Shown: positions 26,085 through 35,326 of the stretch, piece by piece | How the letters are laid out: the number at the start of each line of letters is the position of its first letter | Numbering within the stretch: the first letter of the stretch is position 1 | From: an uncultured candidate division Zixibacteria bacterium | GTDB lineage: Bacteria; Zixibacteria; MSB-5A5; GN15; FEB-12 | Direction: 5' to 3' | NCBI GenBank assembly: GCA_963735035.1 | Contig: CAVTJJ010000004.1 | Span: forward strand, 1,376,001-1,440,000 | DNA length: 64,000 nucleotides | Notes under the pieces: generated by a model | Databases searched by the model: none | What the model saw: the letters and a program-made list of their open reading frames with translations, nothing else | What the model was told of the DNA's origin: nothing | Translations under genes and position numbers: made by a program

Positions 26085-26474
26085 GTGTCAGAACTCAAGA
26101 AGAAAACGAAGAAGAAGGCCTCGCGGGTCGATTCCAACGGGATCGTGCACATCAAGTCCACGTTCAACAATACGATTATTACCGTGGCCGACTCAACGGG
26201 CAGGACAATTTCCTGGGGCACGGCCGGCAAGGTCGGCTTCAAGGGTTCGAAGAAATCGACTCCGTTCGCCGCCCAGATGGCTGCCAGCTCGGCCGCCAAA
26301 GAGGCGATGTCGCTCGGGTTGCGTCGGGTTGAAGTTTGGGTCAAGGGTCCCGGTTCCGGACGTGAAGCGGCCATTCGCTCGCTCGCCTCGGCCGGTCTCG
26401 AAGTGACCATGATCAGAGACGTCACGCCGATTCCGCACAACGGTTGTCGGCCGCCCAAACGGCGTCGGGTGTAA
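26085..26474 (+). CDS. rpsK: 30S ribosomal protein S11
   Basis: [25 protein letters not shown]. Confidence 0.99.
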   Translation: MSELKKKTKKKASRVDSNGIVHIKSTFNNTIITVADSTGRTISWGTAGKVGFKGSKKSTPFAAQMAASSAAKEAMSLGLRRVEVWVKGPGSGREAAIRSLASAGLEVTMIRDVTPIPHNGCRPPKRRRV

Positions 26475-26510
26475 CACATCGAAGAAGACGTTTGTAATAC
26501 TGGAGAATAG

Positions 26511-27137
26511 ATGGCTCGTTATCGTGATGCTAATTGTAAGCTGTGTCGCCGGGAAGGCGAGAAGCTGTTCCTGAAGGGCGCCCGTTGCATGGGTCAGAAG
26601 TGCGCTCTGGAACGGCGGGAATTTGCCCCCGGTCAGCACGGCCAGGGTATGCGCCGCAAAGTTTCGGCCTATGGCCAGCAGTTGCGTGAAAAACAGAAGA
26701 TCCGTCGCACCTACGGAATCCTGGAACGTCAGTTCCATAACTACTTCCTGGAAGCCTCCCGTCGGACCGGCATTACGGGCGAAGCCCTGGTGCAGTCGCT
26801 CGAACGCCGCCTCGACAATGTCGTGTACCGTCTCGGCTTTGCTCCGTCACGGAAAGCGGCCCGCCAGCTCGTGCGTCATCGTCACATCCTGGTCGACAGT
26901 CATATCGTGGATATCCCGGCTTATCAGTTGAAGGCCGGCCAGATCATCCGCGTCAAAGACAAGTCCAAACGGCTCGATATTATTCACGACGCCATGAAGA
27001 TCGGCCGCGGTGAAGAATACACCTGGCTCCGTCTAAACAAAGCAGCCCTGGAAGGTGAACTGCTGCACATCCCGAACCGCGCCGACATCCCGCTGACCGC
27101 TAATGAGCAGTTGGTCGTCGAGCTCTACTCGAAGTAG
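26511..27137 (+). CDS. rpsD: 30S ribosomal protein S4
   Basis: CKLCRREG, LERRLDNVVYRLG, VELYSK. Confidence 0.99.
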   Translation: MARYRDANCKLCRREGEKLFLKGARCMGQKCALERREFAPGQHGQGMRRKVSAYGQQLREKQKIRRTYGILERQFHNYFLEASRRTGITGEALVQSLERRLDNVVYRLGFAPSRKAARQLVRHRHILVDSHIVDIPAYQLKAGQIIRVKDKSKRLDIIHDAMKIGRGEEYTWLRLNKAALEGELLHIPNRADIPLTANEQLVVELYSK

Positions 27138-27169
27138 TGGCGCATATCGCCCCTGGAGGTCTGAGTCGT

Positions 27170-28156
27170 ATGAAATGGAAGCCATTGACAATGCCGAAAG
27201 AAATCGTCAGCGATCAATCCTCGGCCACCGATAATTACTCCCGGTTCATCGTCGAACCGCTGGAACGTGGTTACGGGACTACCCTCGGCGCGGCGTTGCG
27301 CCGTGTCCTGTTGTCTTCAATTCAGGGTGCCGCCGTGGTGGCTATACGGATCAAGGGTGTACAGCACGAATTCTCGACTGTCCCCGGCGTATTTGAAGAC
27401 ATCACTAACATCGTTCTGAACATCAAGAGAATGATCATGGTCATGCACGGCGACGGCCGTCGCACCATGCGGCTCAAGGCCACCCAGAAGGGCATGGTTA
27501 CGGCCGGGTTGTTCGGTGGTGACACCGAAGTTCAGATTCTCAATCCTGAGATGCACATCTGCGAGCTCACCGACAATATCGATTTCGAAATGGAAATCGA
27601 CATCGAATCCGGTCGCGGCTACAGCAACGCCGAGGCCAACCAGTGGGACGAAGCTCCCGCCGGTACCGTCTTTGTCGACGCTCTTTTCTCGCCGGTCACC
27701 AAAGTTGCCTTCCAGGTAGAGAACACTCGTGTCGGTCAGAAGACCGACTACGATCGCCTCATCCTCGAAATCAACACCAACGGCGCCATCAGCCCTGAAG
27801 ATTCCCTGAGCTACGCCGGCAAGCTTTTGAAAGACCATCTCCGTCTGTTCATCCACATGGATGAAGAGGTCATGGTTGAAGAAGAGGCTCAGGAAGACGA
27901 AGAAATCGTGCGCGTTCGCAATCTGCTCCGGACCCGTGTGGACGAACTGGAGCTTTCAGTTAGATCGTCTAACTGCTTGCGGGCAGCTAACATACAGACA
28001 CTGGAAGATCTCGTTACCAAGAGCGAGGCGGAGATGCTGAAATACCGCAACTTCGGCCGCAAGTCTCTCAATGAGATTGGTCAGCTGCTCGAAAGCATGG
28101 GGCTTTCGTTCGGCATGGACATTTCCGGATATTTGGAACCACAGAAACAGATCTGA
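27170..28156 (+). CDS. rpoA: RNA polymerase subunit alpha
   Basis: EPLERGYGTTLG, LSVRSSNCL, NFGRKSL; ATG 27170 after GGAGGT. Confidence 0.99.
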   Translation: MKWKPLTMPKEIVSDQSSATDNYSRFIVEPLERGYGTTLGAALRRVLLSSIQGAAVVAIRIKGVQHEFSTVPGVFEDITNIVLNIKRMIMVMHGDGRRTMRLKATQKGMVTAGLFGGDTEVQILNPEMHICELTDNIDFEMEIDIESGRGYSNAEANQWDEAPAGTVFVDALFSPVTKVAFQVENTRVGQKTDYDRLILEINTNGAISPEDSLSYAGKLLKDHLRLFIHMDEEVMVEEEAQEDEEIVRVRNLLRTRVDELELSVRSSNCLRAANIQTLEDLVTKSEAEMLKYRNFGRKSLNEIGQLLESMGLSFGMDISGYLEPQKQI

Positions 28157-28170
28157 GTTGAGAGTAGACC

Positions 28171-28644
28171 ATGGGACACCGAGATAAAACCAAGAAACTG
28201 GGCATGAAGCGGCCCCACCGCATTTCTATGTTTGCGAATATGGCTATGTCGTTGGTCGAGCATCGGATGATCAAGACCACCGACGCCAAAGCCAAGGTGC
28301 TGCGCCCGATCGTGGATCGCTTGATCGTGACCGCCAAGAAAGGCACGCTGGCGTCCAAGCGCCAGGTGGCCGAGACGATTCACGTCCCGGAGATCTTCAA
28401 GAAATTCTATGCGGAAGTGGTTCCGCAGTTTGCTGACCGCCAGTCCGGATTCACGAAGATCATGAAGTTGGGTGTGCGTCGCGGTGACGGTGCGCTTGTG
28501 TCGGTAGTCGAACTGATGACTGCCAAGCCGGTGGTTGACAAGGACGCCAAGGACAAGAAGGTCGCGAAGGAAAAGAAGGCGGCCAAAGAGGTGCGTGCAG
28601 ATAAGAAGGCTGACAAGTTGAAAGCTGAGGCCTCGGCCAAGTAG
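28171..28644 (+). CDS. rplQ: 50S ribosomal protein L17
   Basis: IKTTDAKAK, RRGDGA; Lys-rich tail. Confidence 0.97.
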   Translation: MGHRDKTKKLGMKRPHRISMFANMAMSLVEHRMIKTTDAKAKVLRPIVDRLIVTAKKGTLASKRQVAETIHVPEIFKKFYAEVVPQFADRQSGFTKIMKLGVRRGDGALVSVVELMTAKPVVDKDAKDKKVAKEKKAAKEVRADKKADKLKAEASAK

Positions 28645-28674
28645 CTTCGCACAGTAGATAGACTAGTTATGAAG

Positions 28675-28710
28675 ACGGGTTCGCAGGAAGGCGAGCCCGT
28701 TTTTTTCTTT
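28675..28710 (+). terminator. Rho-independent terminator of the alpha operon
   Basis: ACGGGTTCGC-AGGAAG-GCGAGCCCGT followed by TTTTTTCTTT. Confidence 0.9.
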
Positions 28711-28737
28711 GTAGGGCGGGTCCGCTTCGAACCCGCC
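28711..28737 (+). repeat. GTAG-type REP-like palindrome, family A, forward copy
   Basis: GTAGGGCGGGTCCGCTTCGAACCCGCC; inverted near-copies inside 29392-29443 and 30398-30448. Confidence 0.75.
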
Positions 28738-28775
28738 TCGGGTGGCCCACAGTCGGTGGCGGGGTGTGACGACGG

Positions 28776-28804
28776 TTGACAGGGCGACCTCGTATCGCTA
28801 ATAT
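28776..28804 (+). promoter_or_regulatory. sigma70-type promoter for the 28945 gene
   Basis: TTGACA-17 nt-TAATAT. Confidence 0.65.
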
Positions 28805-28944
28805 TCCTTCATGCGAATCGAGGATGCGGGGCAGCGACGACGAATCTCAACCCACCGCAAGCGGTGGGGCACCCGGCTGCCGCTATTCATGCCGCCCTGT
28901 GGCGGCACAATTGAACGGAAATTTGAAATCAAGGAGCCAATGCC

Positions 28945-29376
28945 ATGCGACTGTCGATGATGTTTCTCTGTATGCTCCTGATAGTCGGTGTGATCGCATC
29001 CTGTTCTAGGGTATCTCCTGATGAAGTGCCCGGTACCTATGCTATGCACTCACCCTATGGGATTGAGCTGCTAAGGTTGGGAACTGACGGTCGCTATATC
29101 CAAGTCGTTCTCTTGAATACGGATTCTACGGCGATCACGCATTCCGGTAGCTGGTGGTTTTCTAACGACAGCACGTCAGTCTGTCTGTGGGACGCGTTGA
29201 TGGTCGTTGGGCTTGACGGTAAGTTGAGGAATGATGTTGCGGCTCCAGTCAAGGGATCTGTTAGTGCAGGTATCATTTCCAGATATGGGAGCACCGTTTG
29301 GCTGAGGGGGGACGAAAACTACGCATGGGAGATCTACAAAAAGATCGAATGCAATTTTGATCCTGTCGGCGGATAG
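28945..29376 (+). CDS. Hypothetical protein, probable lipoprotein
   Basis: AAGGAG RBS, signal peptide ending VIASC; no recognised family. Confidence 0.7.
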   Translation: MRLSMMFLCMLLIVGVIASCSRVSPDEVPGTYAMHSPYGIELLRLGTDGRYIQVVLLNTDSTAITHSGSWWFSNDSTSVCLWDALMVVGLDGKLRNDVAAPVKGSVSAGIISRYGSTVWLRGDENYAWEIYKKIECNFDPVGG

Positions 29377-29391
29377 AATCGGGTAGCCCAC

Positions 29392-29443
29392 AGCTCTGCT
29401 GTGGGTTCGATTGCGGGTTCGAAGCGGTCCGGGCCCTACAAGA
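29392..29443 (-). repeat. About 52-bp repeat containing REP family A (copy 1)
   Basis: agctctgctgtgggttcgat.gcgggttcgaagcgg..ccctacaaga, nearly identical to 30398-30448. Confidence 0.85.
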
Positions 29444-29530
29444 GCTTCCTCCCACCCATAAGGTGGGTCACCGAGCCCTGCAATGAGACGACGCGTGTGC
29501 AAGTTGTGTGACCTGCAGAGTTGAAGTAAC

Positions 29531-30382
29531 ATGAAATCGGCAACCAACATGCTCTTGAAGCTGACTGACCGCGAAGTTTGGATTCGCGGAGAGGCGTACG
29601 CGCGTAGTCCGCAGGTTGAAATCAATGCCTTCGATGATCGGGAGATTCATGCGACTGTCCGTGGCTCGGAACTGTACCGAGTGAGCTTGAGATTCGCATC
29701 AAACGGCATCAGCCGGGACTGTGAGTGTGCCTTCTACAGGAAAGCCGGAAGCATCTGTAAACACATTGTTGCGGTTGCGATCTGCTGGGACCTGCGGCGA
29801 GGTCTGGCGGCCCCCGACTGCGACGAGGTCGAGAGAACGGCTCTCCAGCGCTCGACTGTTTCAAGACGCGACATTGACAACATCTTCAGAAAGCCGAACA
29901 AGGCTGATCTCGCTCTTGTCAGGATTCTTCCGGAGGTGACCGCTTTGGGAGGTCGTGGCAGGCTCCATAGCAATCTGCCTGAAGCGCCCAAGGCTTTATC
30001 GGACATTACTGACACTCTGACAACTTCTCAAATCAAGAAGTGCTTTTCCGAGATCCGAAGCTGGTCGCGACGCCGAGCCTATGATCCGTACTTCTGCGCA
30101 GGCGAAATGATAGCCGCGTTCTGTCAGGTCATGAGGACCGTAACACAGCACCTGGAAGTCACGCCTGTAGAGGTTTCCGCGAAAGTGCTCGTCGACGCTC
30201 AGTCGTTCCATCAAGTCCTTGTCACCGAGCTTATAGACGACAGTATGGGGCTTCGCATCGTATCAGAAGCGCAACTGGATGAAGTCTTCGCGCAGATTCG
30301 GCAGAGATGCTCCGACGACGGAGGGACCGCGCGCGTCGAGGTTCTACTTCAGGAGTACGAACGCCGCAGGGGAGAGTATTGA
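29531..30382 (+). CDS. SWIM zinc-finger domain protein
   Basis: CEC..ICKHIVAV (CxC-xn-CxH) preceded by the typical VRGSELYRVSL strand. Confidence 0.8.
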   Translation: MKSATNMLLKLTDREVWIRGEAYARSPQVEINAFDDREIHATVRGSELYRVSLRFASNGISRDCECAFYRKAGSICKHIVAVAICWDLRRGLAAPDCDEVERTALQRSTVSRRDIDNIFRKPNKADLALVRILPEVTALGGRGRLHSNLPEAPKALSDITDTLTTSQIKKCFSEIRSWSRRRAYDPYFCAGEMIAAFCQVMRTVTQHLEVTPVEVSAKVLVDAQSFHQVLVTELIDDSMGLRIVSEAQLDEVFAQIRQRCSDDGGTARVEVLLQEYERRRGEY

Positions 30383-30397
30383 AGTCCCGCAACTTAT

Positions 30398-30448
30398 AGC
30401 TCTGCTGTGGGTTCGATGGCGGGTTCGAAGCGGACCCACCCTACAAGA
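30398..30448 (-). repeat. About 51-bp repeat containing REP family A (copy 2)
   Basis: Direct repeat of 29392-29443. Confidence 0.85.
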
Positions 30449-30458
30449 CTAATCTTAT

Positions 30459-30533
30459 GTAGGTCAGGCCGACTCGCGGCCTGACATCTTGCCCGTGACA
30501 AGCGGAGTCAGGCGTCAAGTCCGCCTGACCTAC
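30459..30533. repeat. REP doublet (REPIN-like), family B
   Basis: GTAGGTCAGGCCGACTCGCGGCCTGAC and inverted GTCAGGCGTCAAGTCCGCCTGACCTAC separated by 21 nt. Confidence 0.75.
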
Positions 30534-30543
30534 GAATCATAAT

Positions 30544-30672
30544 CCCACACATAGGGTGAGCCACCTATCGGTAGAACCACCAAGGGGTTCTGCCCTACAA
30601 GACCTCACCCCACCCGCAAGCGGATGCGCCACAGCAGCCAATGAGGGGCAGACGAGGACGTCTGCCGCCCAC
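30544..30672 (-). repeat. Cluster of further REP-like palindromes
   Basis: Reverse strand reads GTAGGGCAGAACCCCTTGGTGGTTCTACC (30570-30598), GTGGGCGGCAGACGTCCTCGTCTGCCCC (30645-30672) and CCCAC-type hairpins. Confidence 0.6.
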
Positions 30673-30830
30673 GATGCATCTCCCACATCCACAATTTGAC
30701 TTGCGACACACCCCATCCCGGATATATACTCCTTAAGCTGGGACTTCAGTTTAGGCCCTCAAGTGGCGAAACCGAAAGCCCTTGGCAAAAACGCTACTGA
30801 TATTGCGACATTGTTTACGAGGTGACAGGA

Positions 30831-31277
30831 ATGGAAACCACTCCGCGGAAGGGATTATCCAAAGGCTGCCTGGTCGGGCTAATCGTCGGCCTGATCCTAA
30901 TCGTCCTACTGGTCGCTTTCTTCGTAATGGTCTATGTCTTTCGCGATTCCCTCGTCAAAGCGGGTGCTACCGCGAGTGTCAGCGAAGTCAAGAAAGTCCT
31001 GGCGACCGCGCCCCCGGCTGACATCGACACCGTTCAATTCAATGCGCTCGCCGATGCCTATATCGACAAGGTCAATCTGGATACAGCCGTTGAGTTCGAG
31101 CCGTTGGCCGTGTTCGTGCAGCAGATGACAGGCGCGGTCAAGGACCGGCAGCTTACGAGAGAAGAGGTCATGACAGCGGCGGCTGCCATGATCAGTCGTT
31201 ACCCGGATCTGGAGCAGTACTGGGTGACGAAGAAAGAAGAATCCGCCCCAACTCAGGACACTCTCGGCGGCAAGTAG
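30831..31277 (+). CDS. Hypothetical single-pass membrane protein
   Basis: N-terminal KGCLVGLIVG.. TM helix; GAGGT RBS before ATG 30831. Confidence 0.75.
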   Translation: METTPRKGLSKGCLVGLIVGLILIVLLVAFFVMVYVFRDSLVKAGATASVSEVKKVLATAPPADIDTVQFNALADAYIDKVNLDTAVEFEPLAVFVQQMTGAVKDRQLTREEVMTAAAAMISRYPDLEQYWVTKKEESAPTQDTLGGK

Positions 31278-31331
31278 TTTCTCAGCCCGGCCCAGGCCGA
31301 GAATGATTGAGCCGCCGATTTTGCTATCGGC

Positions 31332-31976
31332 ATGATTACGATCCTTACTGCCATAGTAGTCGCTTACCTGATCGGCAGTATCCCGTCCGGTCTGTTGATC
31401 GCGCGACTTTTCGGCGTGAAGGATATCCGTGACACCGGCTCGGGGAATATCGGCGCTACCAATGTACTGCGTTCACTGGGGATGAAGGCCGCCATCTGGG
31501 TGTACGTTTGCGACATCGGCAAAGGCGCACTGACCGTATTCCTGGCGCCGTTGATGGGGCAGAACCTTCTGCAGCCGGAACTCTATTACGTGCTCGTCGG
31601 TCTTGCGACCATTTTGGGTCACGTGTTCCCGGTGTATCTCCACTTCAAAGGTGGCAAGGGAGTCGCGACGACTTTCGGAGTGTTGTTGGTCTTACTTCCA
31701 TGGGAAACGATTCTGGCCGGTCTGGTCTTCCTGGCCGTGGTCCAGTGGACCAAGTACGTTTCATTGGCCTCAATTGCGGCCGGACTTACTTTCCCGATAG
31801 CCGTGACGGTCGAGCGAACTCTTCTGGGGGAAGAAGTCTCTACCATCCTTTGGATTCTGACCATAATAGTAGGGTTGATGGTTCCGATCACACACATCTC
31901 GAACATCAAGCGCCTGATTGCCGGTACCGAGCACCGGTTCAGCCGGTCGTCCGGAGACAAGGGACGCCATGTCTGA
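31332..31976 (+). CDS. plsY: Glycerol-3-phosphate acyltransferase PlsY
   Basis: GSGNIGATNVLR, GH.FP, FKGGKGVAT, HISNIKRL. Confidence 0.96.
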   Translation: MITILTAIVVAYLIGSIPSGLLIARLFGVKDIRDTGSGNIGATNVLRSLGMKAAIWVYVCDIGKGALTVFLAPLMGQNLLQPELYYVLVGLATILGHVFPVYLHFKGGKGVATTFGVLLVLLPWETILAGLVFLAVVQWTKYVSLASIAAGLTFPIAVTVERTLLGEEVSTILWILTIIVGLMVPITHISNIKRLIAGTEHRFSRSSGDKGRHV

Positions 31977-32976
31977 TCGCGTGACTATTCTCGGCGCGGG
32001 CGCCTGGGGACTGGCGGTCAGCCGACTTCTCACGGCCCGGGGCTGTCGGGTTGTTCTCTGGGAGCACGATCCCTCTGACTATCGCTGCCTGGCGACCACG
32101 CGTGCTAATCCACGCAAGCTGCCCGATTTCCATCTCGATGATCGGGTGTCATTGACCGATGACCTTGCGGTTGCTATGACCGGAGCCGATGTCGTAGTTG
32201 TCGCTATCGCCGCCCAGCATGTTCGATCGGTCGTGGGCCGTTTCAAACCGCATCTGAACGTCCGGGCCATTCTGGTCAACCTGGCCAAGGGAATCGAAAG
32301 CGGCTCTCTCATGCGAATGTCAGAGGTTATAGCCGAGGAATCGGGCTTAGTGGTTGAACGTATTATTACCCTGTCCGGGCCCTCTCACGCGGAAGAAGTC
32401 GCCATGAACATGCCCACCACTGTGGTGGCGGCATCGGCTTCTCCCGATCAGACCACCCGGGTTCAGGAGTTGTTCTCGGGGGGCAATTTCAGGGTGTATC
32501 ATTCTGAAGACATAATTGGGGTCGAACTCGGGGGTTCGCTCAAGAATATCATTGCCATCGCCTCGGGCGTGGCCGACGGCCTCTCGCTGGGCGACAACAG
32601 CAAGGGAGCCTTGATTACGCGCGGCCTGGCGGAGATCACCCGCCTCGGAGTCGCGCTGGGGGCGCAGGCCGAGACTTTTGCGGGTCTGTCCGGTGTTGGA
32701 GACCTTGTCACGACTTGCTTCTCCAGGCACAGCCGCAACCGGTACGTGGGGGAGAGGATCGGCCGTGGTGAGAAACTGGCCGCGGTCCTCGCGGGTATGA
32801 GTCAGGTGGCCGAAGGTGTCGAAACCGCCCGCTCCGGCCGCGATCTGGCCCATCGGCATGGGGTAGAAATGCCAATTACCGAGGAAGTCTGTCGGGTATT
32901 GTTCGAAGATAAGGATGCCAGGGAGGCATTGGGAAACTTGATGGGACGAAAGCTGCGCGCTGAAATCTGGCAGTAG
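31969..32976 (+). CDS. gpsA: NAD(P)H-dependent glycerol-3-phosphate dehydrogenase
   Basis: GAGAWG, SGPSHAEEV, LKNIIAI, GDLVTTCFSRHSRNR. Confidence 0.96.
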   Translation: MSDRVTILGAGAWGLAVSRLLTARGCRVVLWEHDPSDYRCLATTRANPRKLPDFHLDDRVSLTDDLAVAMTGADVVVVAIAAQHVRSVVGRFKPHLNVRAILVNLAKGIESGSLMRMSEVIAEESGLVVERIITLSGPSHAEEVAMNMPTTVVAASASPDQTTRVQELFSGGNFRVYHSEDIIGVELGGSLKNIIAIASGVADGLSLGDNSKGALITRGLAEITRLGVALGAQAETFAGLSGVGDLVTTCFSRHSRNRYVGERIGRGEKLAAVLAGMSQVAEGVETARSGRDLAHRHGVEMPITEEVCRVLFEDKDAREALGNLMGRKLRAEIWQ

Positions 32977-32998
32977 CGCGGATAATTACGAGGCGCCT

Positions 32999-33349
32999 AT
33001 GAAAGAATTGGGATCTGACGAGAAGAGATACTATTCCATCGGCGAAGCGGCCCGGATGACCGGTCTGGAGCAATACGTCCTTCGCTATTGGGAAAAAGAG
33101 TTCCCCAGTCTCCGACCTCGCAAGAACCGAGGTGGGAACCGTCTCTACACATCGAAAGACATTGAAGTAATCAACCAGATCAAGCATCTCCGCAAGAAAG
33201 AAGGGCTCACCATCTCGGGTGCCCGGGCCAAATTGACTATGAGGCGGGGCGGCGAAGAAAAGGCCGAGACGCAATCCCGTGCCAAAGTAAGAACCATTCT
33301 TGGTAAAATGAGGAAGGACATCGAAGACCTTCTCAAACTTTTCTCTTGA
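32999..33349 (+). CDS. MerR-family HTH regulator
   Basis: YSIGEAA..VLRYWEKEFP..GNRLY; commonly found next to tRNA-Pro(GGG). Confidence 0.92.
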   Translation: MKELGSDEKRYYSIGEAARMTGLEQYVLRYWEKEFPSLRPRKNRGGNRLYTSKDIEVINQIKHLRKKEGLTISGARAKLTMRRGGEEKAETQSRAKVRTILGKMRKDIEDLLKLFS

Positions 33350-33382
33350 ACTTTGGGCCTTTTAACCTACATTTCAATATGT

Positions 33383-33459
33383 CGGAGCGTAGCGCAGCCT
33401 GGTAGCGCACTCCCTTGGGGTGGGAGTGGTCGGCCGTTCAAATCGGCTCGCTCCGACCA
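33383..33459 (+). tRNA. tRNA-Pro(GGG)
   Basis: Cloverleaf, anticodon arm CTCCC-TTGGGGT-GGGAG, GTTCAAATC T-loop, encoded CCA. Confidence 0.97.
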
Positions 33460-33507
33460 TTTTTTTGGTCGGTCTTTCAGAACAGTCGAGGGGGTATAAA
33501 GGCTGAG

Positions 33508-34188
33508 ATGAATAATACTACTGCCAAACGAATTCTGGTGGTCGTACCCGCCTACAATGCCGGTAAATATCTCAATGAACTGGTGCCGCGGATTCGTCGT
33601 TTTGTTCCCGACTCGGATTTGCTCTTGGTCAACGATGGCTCCACCGACAACACCCTCGATTTGCTTCGTGACCTGCACGTCAACTTCATTTCCTTCAGGG
33701 AGAATCGAGGGAAAGGGGCAGCGCTGAGTGCCGCTTTCGATTACGCCATCAGAAACGAATATCGCTCGGTGCTGACCATCGATGCCGACCTTCAGCATCT
33801 GCCCGAGGAAATTCCTGCTTTTCTGGCGGCTGAGGACGGCCGACGGTTGATCATCGGAACCAGACGCATGAATCTCAAGATTATGCCCTTTGCCCGATGG
33901 CTGACCAACAACCTGACCTCGCTGATAATCTCAATATTCTCGAAGGCCCGCGTGCGTGACAGCCAATCAGGTTTTCGCCTGATCCCGACCGCTGTTCTCA
34001 AAGCAATCCCCCTGAAAACAGTCCGGTATGATTTCGAGTCTGAAATGCTTTTCAAGGCCGGGGCGCTGGGCTGTGAAATGGGTGAGGTGCCCATTAGCAC
34101 TGTCTACGAAACGTCCCGCTCCTATATCAATCCTTTTCGCGATACTCTTCGCTTCGTGCGTCAGATCTGGAAACGTATCTGGTCCTGA
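33508..34188 (+). CDS. GT2 family glycosyltransferase (DPM synthase-like)
   Basis: VVPAYN, NDGSTD, GKGAAL, IDADLQH, DSQSGFR. Confidence 0.92.
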   Translation: MNNTTAKRILVVVPAYNAGKYLNELVPRIRRFVPDSDLLLVNDGSTDNTLDLLRDLHVNFISFRENRGKGAALSAAFDYAIRNEYRSVLTIDADLQHLPEEIPAFLAAEDGRRLIIGTRRMNLKIMPFARWLTNNLTSLIISIFSKARVRDSQSGFRLIPTAVLKAIPLKTVRYDFESEMLFKAGALGCEMGEVPISTVYETSRSYINPFRDTLRFVRQIWKRIWS

Positions 34189-34299
34189 TCTGAACCCACC
34201 CAAGGTCAGAGTTGCTTTTGACAATCGCCTGCTCTACCTTCGTTACGGCACGCCTAATAGGCTGCACAGTTAGTCCACGATAGTCTCAGGAGTCCTCAA

Positions 34300-35061
34300 G
34301 TGGCAAGAAGATTGAGAATACTTATCACCAACGATGACGGGTACTTCTCAGACGGGATTAACGCCCTGTTTGAAGAAATGTCTCGGAAGTACGATGTATT
34401 CATGGTGGCGCCCGACCGCGAGCAATCGGCGTCGTCTCACTCTCTGACGTTGAGTCGTCCGCTCAGAATGCACAAGCTCGACAAGTGGCATTATTTCACC
34501 GATGGCACCCCAACCGATTGCGTGATGCTAGCGCTTCATCTGGTGTTCAAAGGCAAGCACCCCGACTTTATTATCTCAGGTATCAATCACGGCGCCAATA
34601 TGGGTGACGACGTTACCTACTCCGGGACCGTGGCCGCGGCGACAGAAGGGGCAATCCTAAAGATACCGTCAATCGCCGTATCTATGGCGGGCTACAAGCC
34701 GGGAATGTCCATGACCAGAGGGGCTCGATTCGTAAGCCAACTGGTTAGTGTCTATCACTCGATGGAACTTACCCCGGCTACTTTTCTGAATGTCAATCTG
34801 CCCCCCGACAACGGCCAGCCGTACCGAAAATACGAATTCACCCGCCAGGGCGACCGTGAGTACAAGGACGTAGTTATCCGCAAATACGACCCCCGCGGGC
34901 GTGATTACTATTGGATTGGCGGCCATCCCCGGTGGAAGAGGCTCAAAGGGACCGACTTTATGGCCACCCGGGCGGGCCTGGTGTCCATAACCCCAATGAA
35001 ACTGGAGTTCACCGATACTGAAGCTCTTGATCGGCTGGACGCCCGGTCTTTCAAACTGTGA
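34300..35061 (+). CDS. surE: 5'/3'-nucleotidase SurE
   Basis: ILITNDDG, GTPTDCV, SGINHGAN, YSGTVAAA. Confidence 0.97.
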   Translation: MARRLRILITNDDGYFSDGINALFEEMSRKYDVFMVAPDREQSASSHSLTLSRPLRMHKLDKWHYFTDGTPTDCVMLALHLVFKGKHPDFIISGINHGANMGDDVTYSGTVAAATEGAILKIPSIAVSMAGYKPGMSMTRGARFVSQLVSVYHSMELTPATFLNVNLPPDNGQPYRKYEFTRQGDREYKDVVIRKYDPRGRDYYWIGGHPRWKRLKGTDFMATRAGLVSITPMKLEFTDTEALDRLDARSFKL

Positions 35062-35129
35062 CTTTCAGGGCCAAATCAAAAAGATCAGCAAACTCTCACC
35101 AATATTCGTTGTTGTTGGCTTATAAGATA

Positions 35130-35157
35130 TTGACAAAGGACAGAAAAGGCTTATTCT
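35130..35157 (+). promoter_or_regulatory. sigma70-type promoter of tRNA-Pro(CGG)
   Basis: TTGACA-16 nt-TATTCT. Confidence 0.6.
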
Positions 35158-35175
35158 TGGGGTCGCTCGTAAATT

Positions 35176-35248
35176 CGGGGCGTGGCGCAGTTGGTAGCGC
35201 GCTTGGTTCGGGACTAAGAGGTCGCTGGTTCAAATCCAGTCGCCCCGA
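35176..35248 (+). tRNA. tRNA-Pro(CGG)
   Basis: Anticodon arm CTTGG-TTCGGGA-CTAAG, GGTTCAAATCC; CCA not encoded. Confidence 0.96.
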
Positions 35249-35326
35249 TATTTTGAAACGGCCCACCTAAACATTCGTTATGGAGAACGAGTAGCACACA
35301 AATTCTAACGGAAAGGTCAGTGGCTC

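Noticed and set aside
28711..30672. Repeats considered as a CRISPR array or integron attC sites
   Set aside because: No regular repeat-spacer period, no cas or intI gene, and no RYYYAAC..GTTRRRY ends; GTAG-led palindromes fit REPs better
30731..30830. Possible riboswitch in the leader upstream of 30831
   Set aside because: Only a weak hairpin; no match to aptamer consensus sequences I can recognise
33415..33507. N-terminal extension of the GT2 ORF in the track
   Set aside because: Overlaps tRNA-Pro; ATG 33508 is the more plausible start
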